Shown: positions 21,963-35,952 of the stretch, piece after piece | Layout: each line of letters opens with the position of its first letter | How positions within the stretch are numbered: position 1 is the stretch's first letter | DNA from: Tubulanus polymorphus | Lineage: Eukaryota; Animalia; Nemertea | DNA: 64,000 bases | Direction of reading: 5' to 3' | Assembly (NCBI RefSeq): GCF_964204645.1 | Contig: NC_134027.1 | Span: forward strand, 558,001 to 622,000 | Notes under the pieces: model-generated | Database searches by the model: none | What the model saw: the letters and a program-made list of their open reading frames with translations, nothing else | What the model was told of the DNA's origin: nothing | Made by a program: the position numbers and the translations under genes

Positions 21963-22944
21963 CCAAAACAGCTTTTAGCTGGTGAAAACCTACCCCCCCC
22001 CCCCCCCATCGGGGTTAAACATGATCAAGCTATTATTCTAGGAATATAACTGTTGCAAGGGAAGTTAAGATTCATTAACCTAAACTTGATACAAAGAGAT
22101 TATTGCTAATTATGAATTTCAAGGGTTTAAAAACTGATTTAAAAATCTTGAAAGACGCTCGGTCTCACTAGAGATTTTCATCTTAAAGATTTATTGTCCT
22201 CTTACTATTGTTTAGGTGATCTATAATTTGGTAAATGCTGCTGTTGGAAAGATGCCAGAAGAAAGTTGATTCATGCACATCTTCACTTCACGTATTTATT
22301 GCACAAGGCGCCGACTTGCACCTGCACTACACCATTCACACTTCATCACTTCTGCACTTTTATCAATTAATTCTGGCATCTATTTGAAAATTACTTTAAA
22401 CATCAGATCTCAAACTGAAACATTGAGGTATTGAATTTCAAACTGAAATATCGAGCTATCGAATCTCGATCTCAAATGTTTACTGGAAGCCATATTTGAT
22501 GTTGTATTATTCATCATAGATTGTTTAGTGTTTTCTGGCATATGCGGGCCATTTAAGATGGTCAGATAAATTCCCCGGTGGAAAATATATCTCGTGGAAG
22601 AGTCATGGAAATGAAAAATATCTTATGTAGATGTGAAGTTAGGAACCTTGCAACAGTTATTCCACCTGAGGATAATTTGATATAAGATGAATCAGTTATT
22701 GGATCATTTAACTGAAGCCAAATATAGTGAAAAATCTTAGTACAAATTTGTCTCAAACTACAATTGAAAGGACTTATCACAGTTCTAATTCGACTCTAGG
22801 TGCGTTCAGAAGAACTTCTTAACAGTGAAAAAACTTGACTAAAAATCAGGAATCGACCCTGTTCATTGATAAGATTTGATCTTTATTTGAAGATTAAGAA
22901 TCAAACTCGCTAATTCACAATTTTTGGTAGTAAATACTGTTGAT

Positions 22945-23141
22945 CCATCATATTCGCAGCCCCCGTGGGCTTACCAATCCATCATACGTGCAGCCCCCTT
23001 GGGCTTACCAGTCTATCATACTCGCAGCCCCAGTGGGCTTATCAATCCATCATACGTGCAGCCCCCTTGGGCTTACCAGTCTATCATACTCGCAGCCCCA
23101 GTGGGCTTACCAGTCCATCATACGTGCAGCCCCCTTGGGCT
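22945..23141. repeat. 34-bp repeat x~6 with alternating (68-bp) structure
   Basis: ATCATACGTGCAGCCCCCTTGGGCTTACCAGTCT alternating with ATCATACTCGCAGCCCCAGTGGGCTTATCAATCC. Confidence 0.9.
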
Positions 23142-23856
23142 GAATTTGAATATTTGATACGCGACGCGCGTGATTGAAGCTTTGTTTATGTTCGTGCTTG
23201 CCGCGATGAATTGTCATAAATATATCCTCCGTACTGGAGGACCATGAAAAGGTTTGAAGGGATCCCTAGTTAGCGCCTGTCCAGGTTTGGCTCTGGACCC
23301 GCTTGTTCGACTAGGCATCTTGTTGGAAATTTTGTCGACTGAAACTTTCGTAACTTTCGTTTTAGACCTCGCTTAGAAACCGCCTTGTTCTTCTGCCGTA
23401 GATGTTGACTGTGTCGTACCCACAGTAGTATCATTTGAGATCTTCAAAGTCTCATTAGCCATCTTAAATTCAAATAGTTTCGGACATTTGAGGTCCTCAT
23501 CAACTCCGGGTCTTCATTCAACTGCAGTTACTGCAATTTGCCAGTGTCTGATGTAGAAGTGTCTGACTTGACATTTTGATTTTCAGAATTAAAACCTTTT
23601 TCTATTAAAGAAATTAGATATTGGTTAAAAAAAACGAGTGAATAATTGTTTGTAAGAAAAAAGAAAATCTTGTTAGAAAAAAATATAGATGTAAAAAAAT
23701 ATAGATGTAAGAAAAAAAAGTATATTGTAAATCGACGAGACAACAGAACCAGCATCAGCAACAACAACATCAGAGGAAGCAGTAACCAGTTATTTATCAG
23801 CTCCATAAATTACTGAAACGAAATCCACAACTTGGAAACCAGACACACTCGACTCT

Positions 23857-25490
23857 AGAATTGTTTATACAACTGTCAACATGGAGTTCATCTCACAAGC
23901 AAATTAGGTAATTATCTTATGATTTTGTATGAAATGCTAATTTTACATTTTTGCATTTAAGTTTAAATGAGTTTAAAATCACGTTTCATTTGTTGTTTAT
24001 TTTGTCGTTTCAGTTTTCAATTTGCCGAGATTAGTCGTCAGAAAACTGTTACAACGGAAACTAATGTATCAAAGACTTGATTTGGCAAAGATTGAAGAAA
24101 TCCTGCGAAAAGATTATTCATGAATTGTTCATACAACTGTCAACATGGAGTTCATCTCACAAGCAAATTAGGTAATTATCTCATGATTTTGTATGAAATG
24201 CTAATTTTTACATTTTTGCATTTAAGTTTAAATGAGTTTAAAATCACGTTTCATTTGTTGTTTATTTTATCGTTTCAGTTTTCAATTTGCCGAGATTAGT
24301 CGTCAGAAAACTGTTACAATGGAAACTAAGATAACAAAAACTTGATTCGGCAAAGATTGAAGAAATCTTGCGAAGAGATTGTTCATAGAACTGTCAACAT
24401 GGAGTTCATCTCACAAGTAAATTAGGTAATTATCTTATGAAATTGGATGAATTGCCGATTTTACATTTTTGCATTTCAAGTAGGTGTAATTGAATGTTTG
24501 TCAACCTAACTCTTATAAAACTGTGTTAACCGTTGAACAGGATTCTAGAACTGTGCAGAAAACCCGTTATCGCTGCTTTGCAGCTATATTTATCTTATGA
24601 TTTTGTATGAAATGCTAATTTTTGCATTTAAGTTTAAATGAGTTTAAAATCATGTTTCATTTGTTGTTTATTTTGTCTTTTCAGTTTTCAATTTGCCGAG
24701 ATCAGTCGTCAGAAAACTGTTACAACGGAAACTAAGATATCAAAGACTTGATTTGGCAAAGATTGAAGAAATCCTGCGAAAAGATTATTCATGAATTGTT
24801 CATACAACTGTCAACATGGAGTTCATCTCACAAGCAAATTAGGTAACTATCTCATGATTTTGTATGAAATGCTAATTTTTACATTTAAGTTTAAATGAGT
24901 TTAAAATCACGTTTCATTTGTTGTTTATTTTGTCTTTTCAGTTTTCAATTTGCCGAGATTAGTCGTCAGAAAACTGTTACAACAGAAACTAAGATATCAA
25001 AGACTTGATTTGGCAAAGATTGAAGAAATCCTGCGAAAAGATTATTCATGAATTGTTCATACAACTGTCAACATGGAGTTCATCTCACAAGCAAATTAGG
25101 TAATTATCTTATGATTTTGTATGAAATGCTAATTTTTACATTTTTACATTTAAGTTTAAATGAGTTTAAAATCACGTTTCATTTGTTGTTTATTTTGTCT
25201 TTCCAGTTTTCAATTTGCCGAGATCAGTCGTCAGAAAACTGTTACAACGGAAACTAAGATATCAAAGACTTGATTTGGCAAAGATTGAAGAAATCCTGCG
25301 AAAAGATTATTCATGAATTGTTCATACAACTGTCAACATGGAGTTCATCTCACAAGCAAATTAGGTAATTATCTTATGATTTTGTATGAAATGCTAAATT
25401 TTACTCGTTATTTTTTTACTAATAAGTTGACTTTGAAATCTTTATTTATTTCTTGTTTATTTTGTCTTTTCAGTTTTCAATTTGCCAAGA
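23857..25490 (+). repeat. ~264-bp tandem repeat x6, each unit an exon (~158 nt) plus intron (~106 nt)
   Basis: Donor AG|GTAATT (23908, 24172, ~24426, ~24843, ~25100, ~25365), CTAAT branch-like motif, and acceptor TTTTGTC(G/T)TTTCAG (24013, ~24278, ~24683, ~24941, ~25207, ~25473). Confidence 0.85.
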
Positions 25491-25579
25491 TTCACATGTA
25501 GCAGATATAATGGAATTAAGTATTGAGAACCGCAACTTAACAATAAACCGGATCAACTTAATATAGTGCTGAGGACCAA

Positions 25580-26790
25580 AAATAAACAATAAACCCGACC
25601 AGTGTAATTCAGTGTCGAGAACCGCAGTTAAATGATGAACCCGACCAGTGTAATTCAGTGTTGAGAACCACAATTAAACGATGAACCGGACCAGTGTAAT
25701 TCAGTGTCGAGAACCACAATTAAACGATGAACCTGACCAGTGTAATTCAGTGTCGAGAACTGCAATTAAATGATGAACCGGACCAGTATAATTCAGTGTC
25801 GAGAACCACAATTAAACGATGAACCTGACCAGTGTAATTCAGTGTCGAGAACCACAATTAAACGATAAACCAGACCAGTGTAATTCAGTGTCGAGAACCG
25901 CAATTAAAGGATGAACCGGACCAGTGTAATTCAGTGTCGAGACCAACAATTAAACGATAAACCCGACCAGTGTAATTCAGTGTCGAGAACCGCAATTAAA
26001 CAATGAACCCGACCAGTGTAATTCAGTGTCGAGGACCGCAATTAAACGATGAACCCGACCAGTGTAATTCAGTGTCGAGGACCACAATTAAACGATGAAC
26101 CGGACCAGTGTAATTCAGTGTCGAGATCCGCAATTAAAGGATGAACCGGACCAGTGTAATTCAGTGTCGAGAACCGCAATTAAACGATGAACCTGACCAG
26201 TGTAATTCAGTGTCGAGAACCGCAATTAAACAATGAACCCGACCAGTGTAATTCAGTGTCGAGAACCGCAATTAAAGGATGAACCGGACCAGTGTAATTC
26301 AGTGTCGAGACCAACAATTAAACGATAAACCCGACCAGTGTAATTCAGTGTCGAGGACCACAATTAAACGATGAACCGGACCAGTGTAATTCAGTGCTGA
26401 GAACCACAATTAAACGATGAACCCGACCAGAGTAATTCAGTGTCGAGGACCACAATTAAACGATGAACCGGACCAGTGTCATTCAGTGCTGAGAACCACA
26501 ATTAAACGATGAACCCGACCAGTGTAATTCAGTTTCCAGAGCCGCAGTTAAACAATGAACCGGACCAGTGTAATTCAGTGTCGAGAACCGCAATTAAACG
26601 ATGAACCGGACCAGTGTAATTCAGTGTCGAGAACTGCGATTAAACGATGAACCGGACCAGTGTAATTCAGTGTCCAGAGCCGCAGTTAAACAATGAACCA
26701 GACCAGTGTAATTCAGTGTCGAGAACCGCGATTAAACGATGAACCGGACCAGTGTAATTCAGTTTCGTAATAACCGCAATTAAACGATTA
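25580..26790. repeat. 46-bp minisatellite, ~26 units
   Basis: Unit CCAGTGTAATTCAGTGTCGAGAACCGCAATTAAACGATGAACCGGA. Confidence 0.96.
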
Positions 26791-26954
26791 TCTGGAGTTG
26801 TAATAGTGTTGTGTATTTGCGTAGTGGATCAAGTGGAAGGATTTTAAGTGTATTTGGTGACTTTAATTCGTTCGCATCCAACAGAATCAACAAAGACATT
26901 ACAAAAAACGACAAAAAATGATTGAATGTAAATGCATTGAATTTAGGTTTGTTG

Positions 26955-28190
26955 ATCAAGATAATCACTGATCAAGATTGACAGTTATAATCCATAATTG
27001 TTGAACTTGATCAGAGATTTTCAAGATCGATTTTAAGGTGATTCAGAAGTTTAAATCTGATGTTTTAATCTCTGGGACTCAGATATTAAATCAATAGATT
27101 TTTACTGCTGAATGATCTTCATGTACAGATGAGCTACAATTGTTCCTAGTGTGTTCTGTTAAGACTGATTAAAGGGTGGAAAAACTTGACCCAAATTCAA
27201 ATTGAGTCGAGTTTTTCCAAGATAATCTCTGATCAAGATCGGCAGTTATAATCCATAATTGTTGAACTTGATTGGTGATTTTCAAGATCTGTTTTAAGGT
27301 GATTCACAAGTTTAAATCTGATGTTTGAATCTCTGGGTTCCAGATATTAAATCAATAGATTTTTACTGCTGAATGACCTTCGTGTTCAGATAAGCTACAA
27401 TTGTTCCTAGTGTGTTCTGTTAAGAAAGGGTGGAAAAACTTGACCCAAATTCAAATTGAGTCGAGTTTTTCCAAGATAATCTCTGATCAAGATCGGCAGT
27501 TACCGGTATAATCCATAATTGTTGAACTTGATTGGTGATATTCAAGATCTGTTTTAAGGTGATTCACAAGTTTAAATCTAATGTTTTAATCTCTGGGTTC
27601 CAGATATTAAATCAATAGATTTTTACTGCTGAATGACCTTCGTGTTCAGATAAGCTACAATTGTTCCTAGTGTGTTCTGTTAAGAAAGGGTGGAAAAACT
27701 TGACCCAAATTCAAATTGAGTCGAGTTTTTCCAAGATAATCTCTGATCAAGATCGGCAGTTATAATCCATAATTGTTGAACTTGATTGGAGATTTTCGAG
27801 AACTGTTTTTAAGGTGATTCAGAAGTGTGAATCTGATGTTTTAATCTCTGGGTTTCAGAGATTAAATAAATAGGTTTTTACTTCTGAATCACTTCGGGTT
27901 TAGGTAAGTTAAAGTGGTTCCTATTGTAATCTGTTAAACTGATTAAAGGGTGGAAAAACTTGATTCAAATTAATAATCTGAATCAAGTTTTCCAATGATA
28001 ATCCGCGATCAAGTTCGGCAGTTATAATTCATAACTGTTGAACTCAATTCACAATTAAATGAACTGTTTTAAGGTGATTCAGAAGTATAAATCTGATGTT
28101 CTAATCTCTGGGTTTCAGAGATTAAATCAATAGGCTTTACTTCTGGATCACTGTTGGGTTTTGATAAGTTGTAAGTTGTTCCTATTGTTT
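26955..28190. repeat. ~255-260-bp tandem repeat, ~4.5 units
   Basis: CAAGATAATCTCTGATCAAGAT..GTTATAATCCATAATTGTTGAACTTG recurs at ~26957, 27218, 27472, 27732 and ~27995. Confidence 0.9.
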
Positions 28191-30154
28191 AAATGAATTG
28201 GTAGAAATTCTATTTTTAGGTGACAGGTCAAATAGATTAGAGCAATAATTTATCCAGAGGTTGAATTAATTTAATGTTTAATATACCAAAGAATGGTTTA
28301 TTGTGAAGATTTAATTAAAATCTTAAATAAACAGTTGTTCAATTTCATAAATGTTTTGTTTTCGATGAAGTTTTTTCATTTTCTGGATTTGAGGAATTTG
28401 ACTTTAAACACATCAGTGGATTCAGCACAGTTCTGTGGACACAGTTTTGGGACCGAGACCTGGAGACACAGCTCAAGACCCAGTTACAAGTTCAACTGGA
28501 CTCGATCCCAAAAAACCCTGGGCCCTTCAAACCTTTAAGTAAGATGCTCACTTACAGATTCATAAAATTGACCCTTATTATCTTGTCATCTGCAGCACCA
28601 TCTCAGAGGCTTAAACCAAGAATTTCTTGTAATGTTCAACAACTGTGAATTACATTAAGTAATTTTTGAGATCGACTTACACCTGAGTTTTTTCTAAATC
28701 ACAGTCTACTTATTTCATAGTCATCCACGATTTCATAGCTCTTTAACTATTCAACCCTTTCCCTGATGGGCCCTGGCCCCAATTGCTGAACCCAGTTCTT
28801 CAAGTCTAACTTCTGGGTTTAGTGGTTTATCAGGAAATTAATGGATTAATTAGAAATATATCTAACAGTCATAATAAAGTTTAAAATTAATCATTTGACA
28901 TATCGTAATTGATTTTGTTCGCCACAACGCCTTTCTCAGCAGGATTATAGCATTTTACTTTCTATGGGTTTTTTAAAGGTAAGTTTTCAAAGGACAGAAT
29001 GTCCGAATATACGTCCGGATCCGCCTTTATATGCCTCATTCCGATTCTGCTCATTTGCATATATTTTCAGCAAGTGGAAATCCCCGAATTCCAAGATGGC
29101 GGCGACCATGATATATCAAATAACAACTATTTTGGGCCAAATCAACGCTTTCTCAAGCCCAATATGAGTTTTCCCGAGTGCAAATGTAACTTAAAGAGAA
29201 AATAATCCTGTTGGTTAGTTATATTTTTGATAATTGAATTTATTTGCAAAGTTAAAGTGAAGTTCCAATGACAGATAGAAACGTTGAAAGACTGGGGTAG
29301 ATTGAAACATGCCCTAGCCACTGGCCACTATCATATGAACAGTCCTAAACGTTTTGATCCAACTGCACCAGTTAAGGTCACCGACTGTGTGGCCCTTATT
29401 TAACAATAATGTGTACATATAAGCACAAGGGCCCCCAAACTGCAGTTGCTCTGTTGGTTTTAAATCTGTATATAGTCTTAGTCATTTTTGATCTTATCAT
29501 CTGTTCTCCACCTTTTTGAGTGTGAGAGTTTTATAAACTGTTGTGAAGATTGAGGAAGTCGATAGAAAGAGATGAAAATTGTTAAAGTTGTTATCATGAA
29601 AATGACTGAGCTTACTATGTACAGTATATACGACCCAGAGGGACATGGCTTATTATGAGAAACATTGAGGTTTTCATGAAAGTTCATGAATTTTGCATGA
29701 AAGTACAATGTTGGAAAATATATCCCCTATGTCACACTCCCTGATTCTTTTTCATTGCCCTCATTTCTCTGAAAGGCCCTTCAACTGAATCAGTCTCCAG
29801 TCGAAAAGGTTCCTCTTATTAGTTCAATTGTCTATAACTGATGATGTGATGTGAAGAGTCTACAATTGAACAAATACCGCATTGAAATCAAATCTTCTCT
29901 ATTTCAGGCATTACTTCTGGCATAAAACACTATTCAAGCAATGTAGGAGCATTTATAGGCGCAGCAGGAAGGAGGAGTTCAGGAGCAGCATCATATAGGA
30001 GTTGCACAGGAGCAGCATCATAGGAGTAGTGCAGGAGCAGTGAGAGCTTCATAGGAGCAGCAAGACCAGCATCATAGATAGGAACAGTAGCTGAAGGAAT
30101 GAAACAAGATAAGTAGCATTTGAAATATAGAAAATAGAAAAGCTGTAGAATGTT

Positions 30155-33100
30155 TTCTATTGTAAAAATATTTTCAAATTCAGTCTGATTTGTGCCAGAT
30201 TGTAACTGTAGAAGTTTCACTCATTGTTTCAGTCTAATTGAGATGTGGCTGGTGTACATGTATCACTGACTGTGTAACACTGCAGTCATTTCTTCAATTA
30301 TTCCTCCTCAGTTGGAAGAATGTTTGTTCTCTCATCTTCATCAGCGATAAGAATCAATCCCATCCGTCTAACAACAGCATCGTAACATTTCCACTTATCT
30401 AATCCTAGAGGGAATGAGTAGTATGAGGTTTGGGTATGGAGTGGGGCAGGGTAAGGTGAAGTTGACAGTTAGGGTAGGATAGGGTAATGTGATGAGGTAA
30501 GGTCGGTCAGATGATGCAGGGTTATTTGATGTGGTTGGATTCGATGATGAGTTTGATATGGAACTGGTCGAGGTGGGTGTTTGTGGTAGTGTACGGTGTG
30601 TATGTTCGGAGGGTGTATGATAACTGATTGAAAGGTTGCTGTTAGAGGTCAGTGCAGTAGTGATGCTGGTATAGTTTGTGTAATGAAGCGTCGGTGTACC
30701 GGGTTAAGTATAGGGTAAGGCATGGTCAGAGTAATGTTACCGTAGAGGAAAAGTTATGTTGGGAAGGGTGTTTTTGTTTTCAGCCCACTTGAGACTTAAG
30801 TCTCAGCGGGCCGTTGCATTTTCTTTTCATCCGTTGTCCGTTTGTGCATCCGCAGACGGAATACAGTTATTTTTGGAGGTTTTTAAGTTTTCCAACGCCA
30901 CTGCACATGTTCTCCAGGGGGTGTTGAGTATAGAATTTTCAGATTGTCAGGAATTTCACCAAGTGTGCATGGTGTCCCTGGACTCCCCAATTTTGAAATT
31001 AGGGTGAATTCTGTAGAATTCTAATGATTGGTTAAATGGGCATCACTCTTTATTGGAATTCTGTGCTTAAAATATTGAATATGAAAGTAAGAACAGACGT
31101 CGTAGCTGTCACTGTGGACAGTGAATCTATTTCTGATTTGTGTGGATGTGATGGCGCAGGTGGTGGCCATAACTTCGAGGTCACCTCTTAATCATTACAT
31201 GTCCTTAGATGGATAGGACACAAGGGTAAATGAAAACATTCTTTAGGTTACTGCCAGGTTTTAGGGTATCGTACCAAGCCTTACCTTCCCGACCTCCTTC
31301 CCGCGCTAGCTATTCCAAAATCTCTATATGAGATACATCGATAACGATGCTACTGAAGATTGAATTCATCGATTCATTTTGGAATTGAAACTTGTTTCAT
31401 GGAACAAATGGTGCTGCAAATAAACAATATCATCAAACAATGATTCTGATTGACTATAGTGAACTGCTGCCCTACTACTGGTTTTAAAAGCACTGATTGA
31501 GATAGATTCAAACCCAGTTCAATTACTTATTTCCGAACACTTACTGCCGGTTGGTACTGGTACATAGCCAGGAGAGACAGCCATAAGAAAAAGAAAGAAA
31601 ATGAAGAACATGAAGAGTGGGGGGTTTAGTCCACTGTCTGCCTAGCGGGTAGGCAGTGGTCTATTACTACCTCGACTCAAAAAAAAGGTGAGCTTAAAGC
31701 CACCAAGCACAAAAGTGGGGTCCGAAGGGTAGTCCTCTGCTGGCTTAGAGGGCAGGCATTGGTCTATTCTTACCTCACGTGCTTAAAAATGGCTATTAAG
31801 AGAGAGAGAGTGAGAGAGAGGAGGTGCTAAGTTTCCTGTACTTGACTGGGTGTAAAGTGATCAATAATGGAAATCATTTACGGTAAACCTTGAGTTTACT
31901 AACAATGTATTTTGGGTTCAGAGTCTATTTCCCAACAGTTTGCTGTTCACAAGCTGGTAGTAGGGTAAAAACTACCGGTATTCAGAGATTTGTGAATCAG
32001 AAGTTTTGCCATCATTTGCTTCATGAATCATTCACTTGTTAAAATGAATGATGTGACACACATGTAAAATACTGTTACTGATTTATCATTTTTGATGGTG
32101 TCTTGATATTCGACATCTTGCAGGTATCGTCTCCTAGTATTTCACATAGAATTGAGGAGTAGTTCGAGTGAGTGGGAGGCATGGAGAGATTGGGCTCAAG
32201 ATATCTCACTCGTTTGTTTAGGTTTAGTTTGGGATCATCTTATTCAGCTTCAGTGTATAATACATCCTCGACTACTTTTCAACTAGTAGTTCATCGTAGG
32301 TTTTTGACATCACATCCATAGCTCCTTCCACTACTCGTGAATTTACAATTCATTCCTATCCGATGATGCTATTTATGATGGAATGTGTTAAAGTAGATGT
32401 CTATGTGTTTTCATCTTTTGGTAAATCGTGAAAAATTCTGGCTAATTTGAATCGAAAGCCATTGATTATTATCTTGCGCGGTAATGATGGAAAAATTCAA
32501 AATGCGAATAGCTGTGTGGAATAAGAGAATGTCTTGAAAGGATTTGAGACACTGAGATGTGTAAAGAGAGACTGATTACACCTGTACTGTCCTAGCCCCT
32601 CCCCAGGCAGTCACCACCTCGCCCCAACCAATTTTACCAAATCACCCTCACCTCAACAACATCAAAATCCCTTTCACTTTTCCTCTACCATTATTTTTAC
32701 CATGCCGGCTACCTTATCCCTAACCCTGCAAACCACACTCTACTCTACACAAACCATACCAACATCACAACTGTACCGTCCTCCAGCACCAACCTTTCTT
32801 CATTGTCAGACACCTCTCTAACTATACATCGTACACTACCACGTACACCCACCTCGACCGGATCTATAACAAGCTGATCATCTAATCCAGCCATATCAAA
32901 CAACCCTGCATCATCCAACCTGACCTTACCTTACCAAAATACCCTATCCTCCCCTAACATGTCAATCACACCATTCCCTTTTCCATTCCATCCCCAAGCG
33001 CCATACTACACATTCCCTCTATGATTGAATAAGATAGAAATGTTACAATGTTGTAGTTAGACGGATGGGATTGATTTTCTTTGCTAATGAAGATGAGAGA

Positions 33101-33270
33101 TCAAACATTCTTCTAACTGAGGAGGAATAAGTGAACAAACTACAGCGGTGTTACACACTCAATGTTACATGTACATCAGTTATATCTCAATTAGACTGAA
33201 ACAATGAGTGAAACTTCTACAGTTACAATCTGACACAAATCAGACTGTGTCAGAAAACATTTTAACATTA
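30155..33270. repeat. Long diverged inverted repeat, arms ~30155-30770 and ~32665-33270
   Basis: CAGTCTGATTTGTGCCAGATTGTAACTGTAGAAGTTTCACTCATTGTTTCAGTCTAATTGAGAT (30181) is the near-exact reverse complement of 33184-33247. Similarity continues, decaying, for ~600 bp. Confidence 0.9.
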
Positions 33271-33519
33271 GCCCCACGTGCTGAGTGGATGATAGACATC
33301 ATGAGACTCATCAAATTTTGAGAAATTAGTTTGATTGAAAAATTAATCTAAGCAATGTCTGTTTTTGCATTTCAGAGGTTGATGTTACCTGAACATGCAG
33401 TTCTGAGCTGACTCCATATCAGGTGAGCATGTATGCAGTGAAATTGGATAAAATCATGAGATTTTCCAAGAGCTCTTATTAGTGGAATTTTATCTCTAAT
33501 AGCCCTTGATCCAAGTGCT

Positions 33520-33731
33520 GCCCAGTGAGACACTGTCTGGTGAACTCAACATCCAAGTGCTGCAGAATCTACCCCCAGTGAGACACTGTCTGGTGAACTC
33601 AACATCCAAGTGCTGCAGAATCTACCCCCAGTGAGACACTGTCTGGTGAACTCAACATCCAAGTGCTGCAGAATCTACCCCCAGTGAGACACTGTCTGGT
33701 GAACTCAACATCCAAGTGCTGCAGAATCTAG
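33520..33731. repeat. 53-bp repeat x4
   Basis: Unit CCAGTGAGACACTGTCTGGTGAACTCAACATCCAAGTGCTGCAGAATCTACCC. Confidence 0.95.
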
Positions 33732-34904
33732 GTTTGAATTCTCTTAGATTTTTTAAACCTAAAATTCTAAGATATTCTGTAAAGACAACAATTTGACCAG
33801 TTGTCCTTTTGACTGCATGTTTTGAGTGATTTCCAATTAGCTACATGATTCAATGATGGTTGTCAAATGGCTCAATATTTCCCAAACCATTTTCTAATTT
33901 ATAACTGTCAAAATTCATTTGTTCAATCATGAGGTCTAGAATTGGTTTTCATTGAATACATGAAATCCAGATATTTTATTTGTTGATTTCAAAATTATTT
34001 ATTTCGCCGATTCATTTCTAATCTCACTTTGGCAACTCATTCTGAATCAGCGACGGAAGGTGACAAACTGGTCACATCGAAATACGCTGTGCTCGGTGCC
34101 TCGGGATCCGAACCCAAACCTGACCACACGTATAAATCCAATTGAATCCATTCGGGTTCTTCCTTTTCTTAGTTAAACTCGTTTCTGTGGTTGCGAGACG
34201 GCGGGAAGAAAAATAGCGGTGGCGGTAAGGGGGTGGTAGCCCTTTAAGTGAATATGCTCGGTGACAGGGATGGCGAAAGGCCACCCGGGGAGGACGATAG
34301 CATGAGGGCATCGGACGCTCCTTTACTGAACCGCGGACTCTGGGGCCCGAAAGTATCGTGTGTATGATCACTTACTCGATAGGGTAGTCATGTGCGTCAA
34401 GAGATACGGGCATTTCTATCCTAGCCTCAGTTGTCTGCGGGGACGCACCTTAAAACAGTTTGAAAAAATCACCTCGAACATGTTTAAGCATAATTCACGG
34501 GCGCCAAAAAAAAGAATAAACAGAAAGAAAGAAAGAGGTGTCGGTCGTTTTTATAAACCACTAGGGGCGAGTTTAGCTTAGACGAGGAATTTGGCATCTT
34601 AGAAATATATTCGAAATTCCTAGGTTTTAATGGAGAATTCAGCAGGGAAAATATTTGAGTATTTTATGTGATTCAATTCTAAATTGTAACCTCATCGTGC
34701 AATGTATTTTATTGGAATGAACTTAAACATGCAGGCTGGACATCACGTGATGTTTTGAAATATAGATTCAGGAACATTGACAATTCCTGATTTGAAGCAC
34801 ATGTTTTTACCACAAAGCAGTTAAACTTTACTCTATCTACTGTATGATTACATTCTAACATGTATTTCTTTCCATTATTTTTCTATCATTCACGCCGAGA
34901 TCAT

Positions 34905-35157
34905 CTACTCCCAGTGAGAACTGTCTGGTGAACTCAACATCCAAGTGCTGCAGAATCTACCTCCAGTGATACACTGTCTGGTGAACTCGACATCCAAGTG
35001 CTGCAGAATCTACCCCCAGTGAGACACTGTCTGGTGAACTCAACATCCAAGTGCTGCAGAATCTACCTCCAGTGAGACACTGTCTGGTGAACTCAACATC
35101 CAAGTGCTGCAGAATCTACCCCCAGTGAGACACTGTCTGGTGAACTCAACATCCAAG
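34905..35157. repeat. Second block of the same 53-bp repeat, ~4.7 units
   Basis: Same unit as at 33520. Confidence 0.95.
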
Positions 35158-35805
35158 GAGATGATCTGTTAATTACACTCATGGTTGTGCTGGCTCCTGA
35201 TATGGGAGGTATGTATCCTATCTGGAGCCAATTTCACTTTGATTCCAACAACTAATTTCTTATGATACTCCATTTCATTTTCCATTAGAAGGAACTGTGT
35301 TATTATGATTTGTCTGAGTGTCCGTTAATGTTAGTTGAACTGTAACTCAGAGAAGTGAACCGTGGATGTTATAACTCCACAGATGTCATGTATGTATCAG
35401 GACAACTTTCATTATCAATGAATATATGTTTTATTTTTTCATAATCTATGAAATAGATGTCATTGAATCTGTTATTTTCATTTCAGTGTCCTAAGTTTAA
35501 CTGTAACGGATAGAACCGATAGCTGAATTGAATTCAACTCCTCCGGCAATGTTTGAGTCAGCTTCAGATATGAGTGGTATGTGTGTATGGAGACGAATTC
35601 AATTTGTGAGAATCTGTGAGATATAAATGTTACAATGTAGAATTTGTTATTCTCATTTCAGTGTCCATCAATATTAAGCTGAACTGATGCAGAATGAACT
35701 TATAGATAATGAACTGAATTGCTGGAGTCAGCTACTACTGGTCTGTGGTATGTGTTTGGAGCCAGAAATTTAACAATGACTTCATAATTTCCTGTAATAT
35801 AATCT

Positions 35806-35952
35806 CAGAGCTGCCAACTGTTACTGATTTTCAGTATTTGTAACGATTTTGTTACGAGAAATACTGATTTAGTTAATTCACATTTTGATGAAATGATACT
35901 GAAAAAAGCTCAATTTGTTGGTGATAACACTTTTCAGGGGTTGGCAGCCCTG
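35806..35952. mobile_element. hAT-like MITE with 6-bp target duplication
   Basis: TIRs CAGAGCTGCCAAC / GTTGGCAGCCCTG, flanked by TAATCT on both sides. Confidence 0.75.

Noticed and set aside
21236-21985. 249-aa ORF with DTHQQFVV repeats and overlapping ORFs
   Set aside because: Minisatellite open in several frames on both strands. Frame preservation is explained by GTC slippage. No ATG or splice support.
25580-26790. CRISPR-like appearance of the regular repeats
   Set aside because: Head-to-tail units with no unique spacers, no cas genes and a eukaryotic context.
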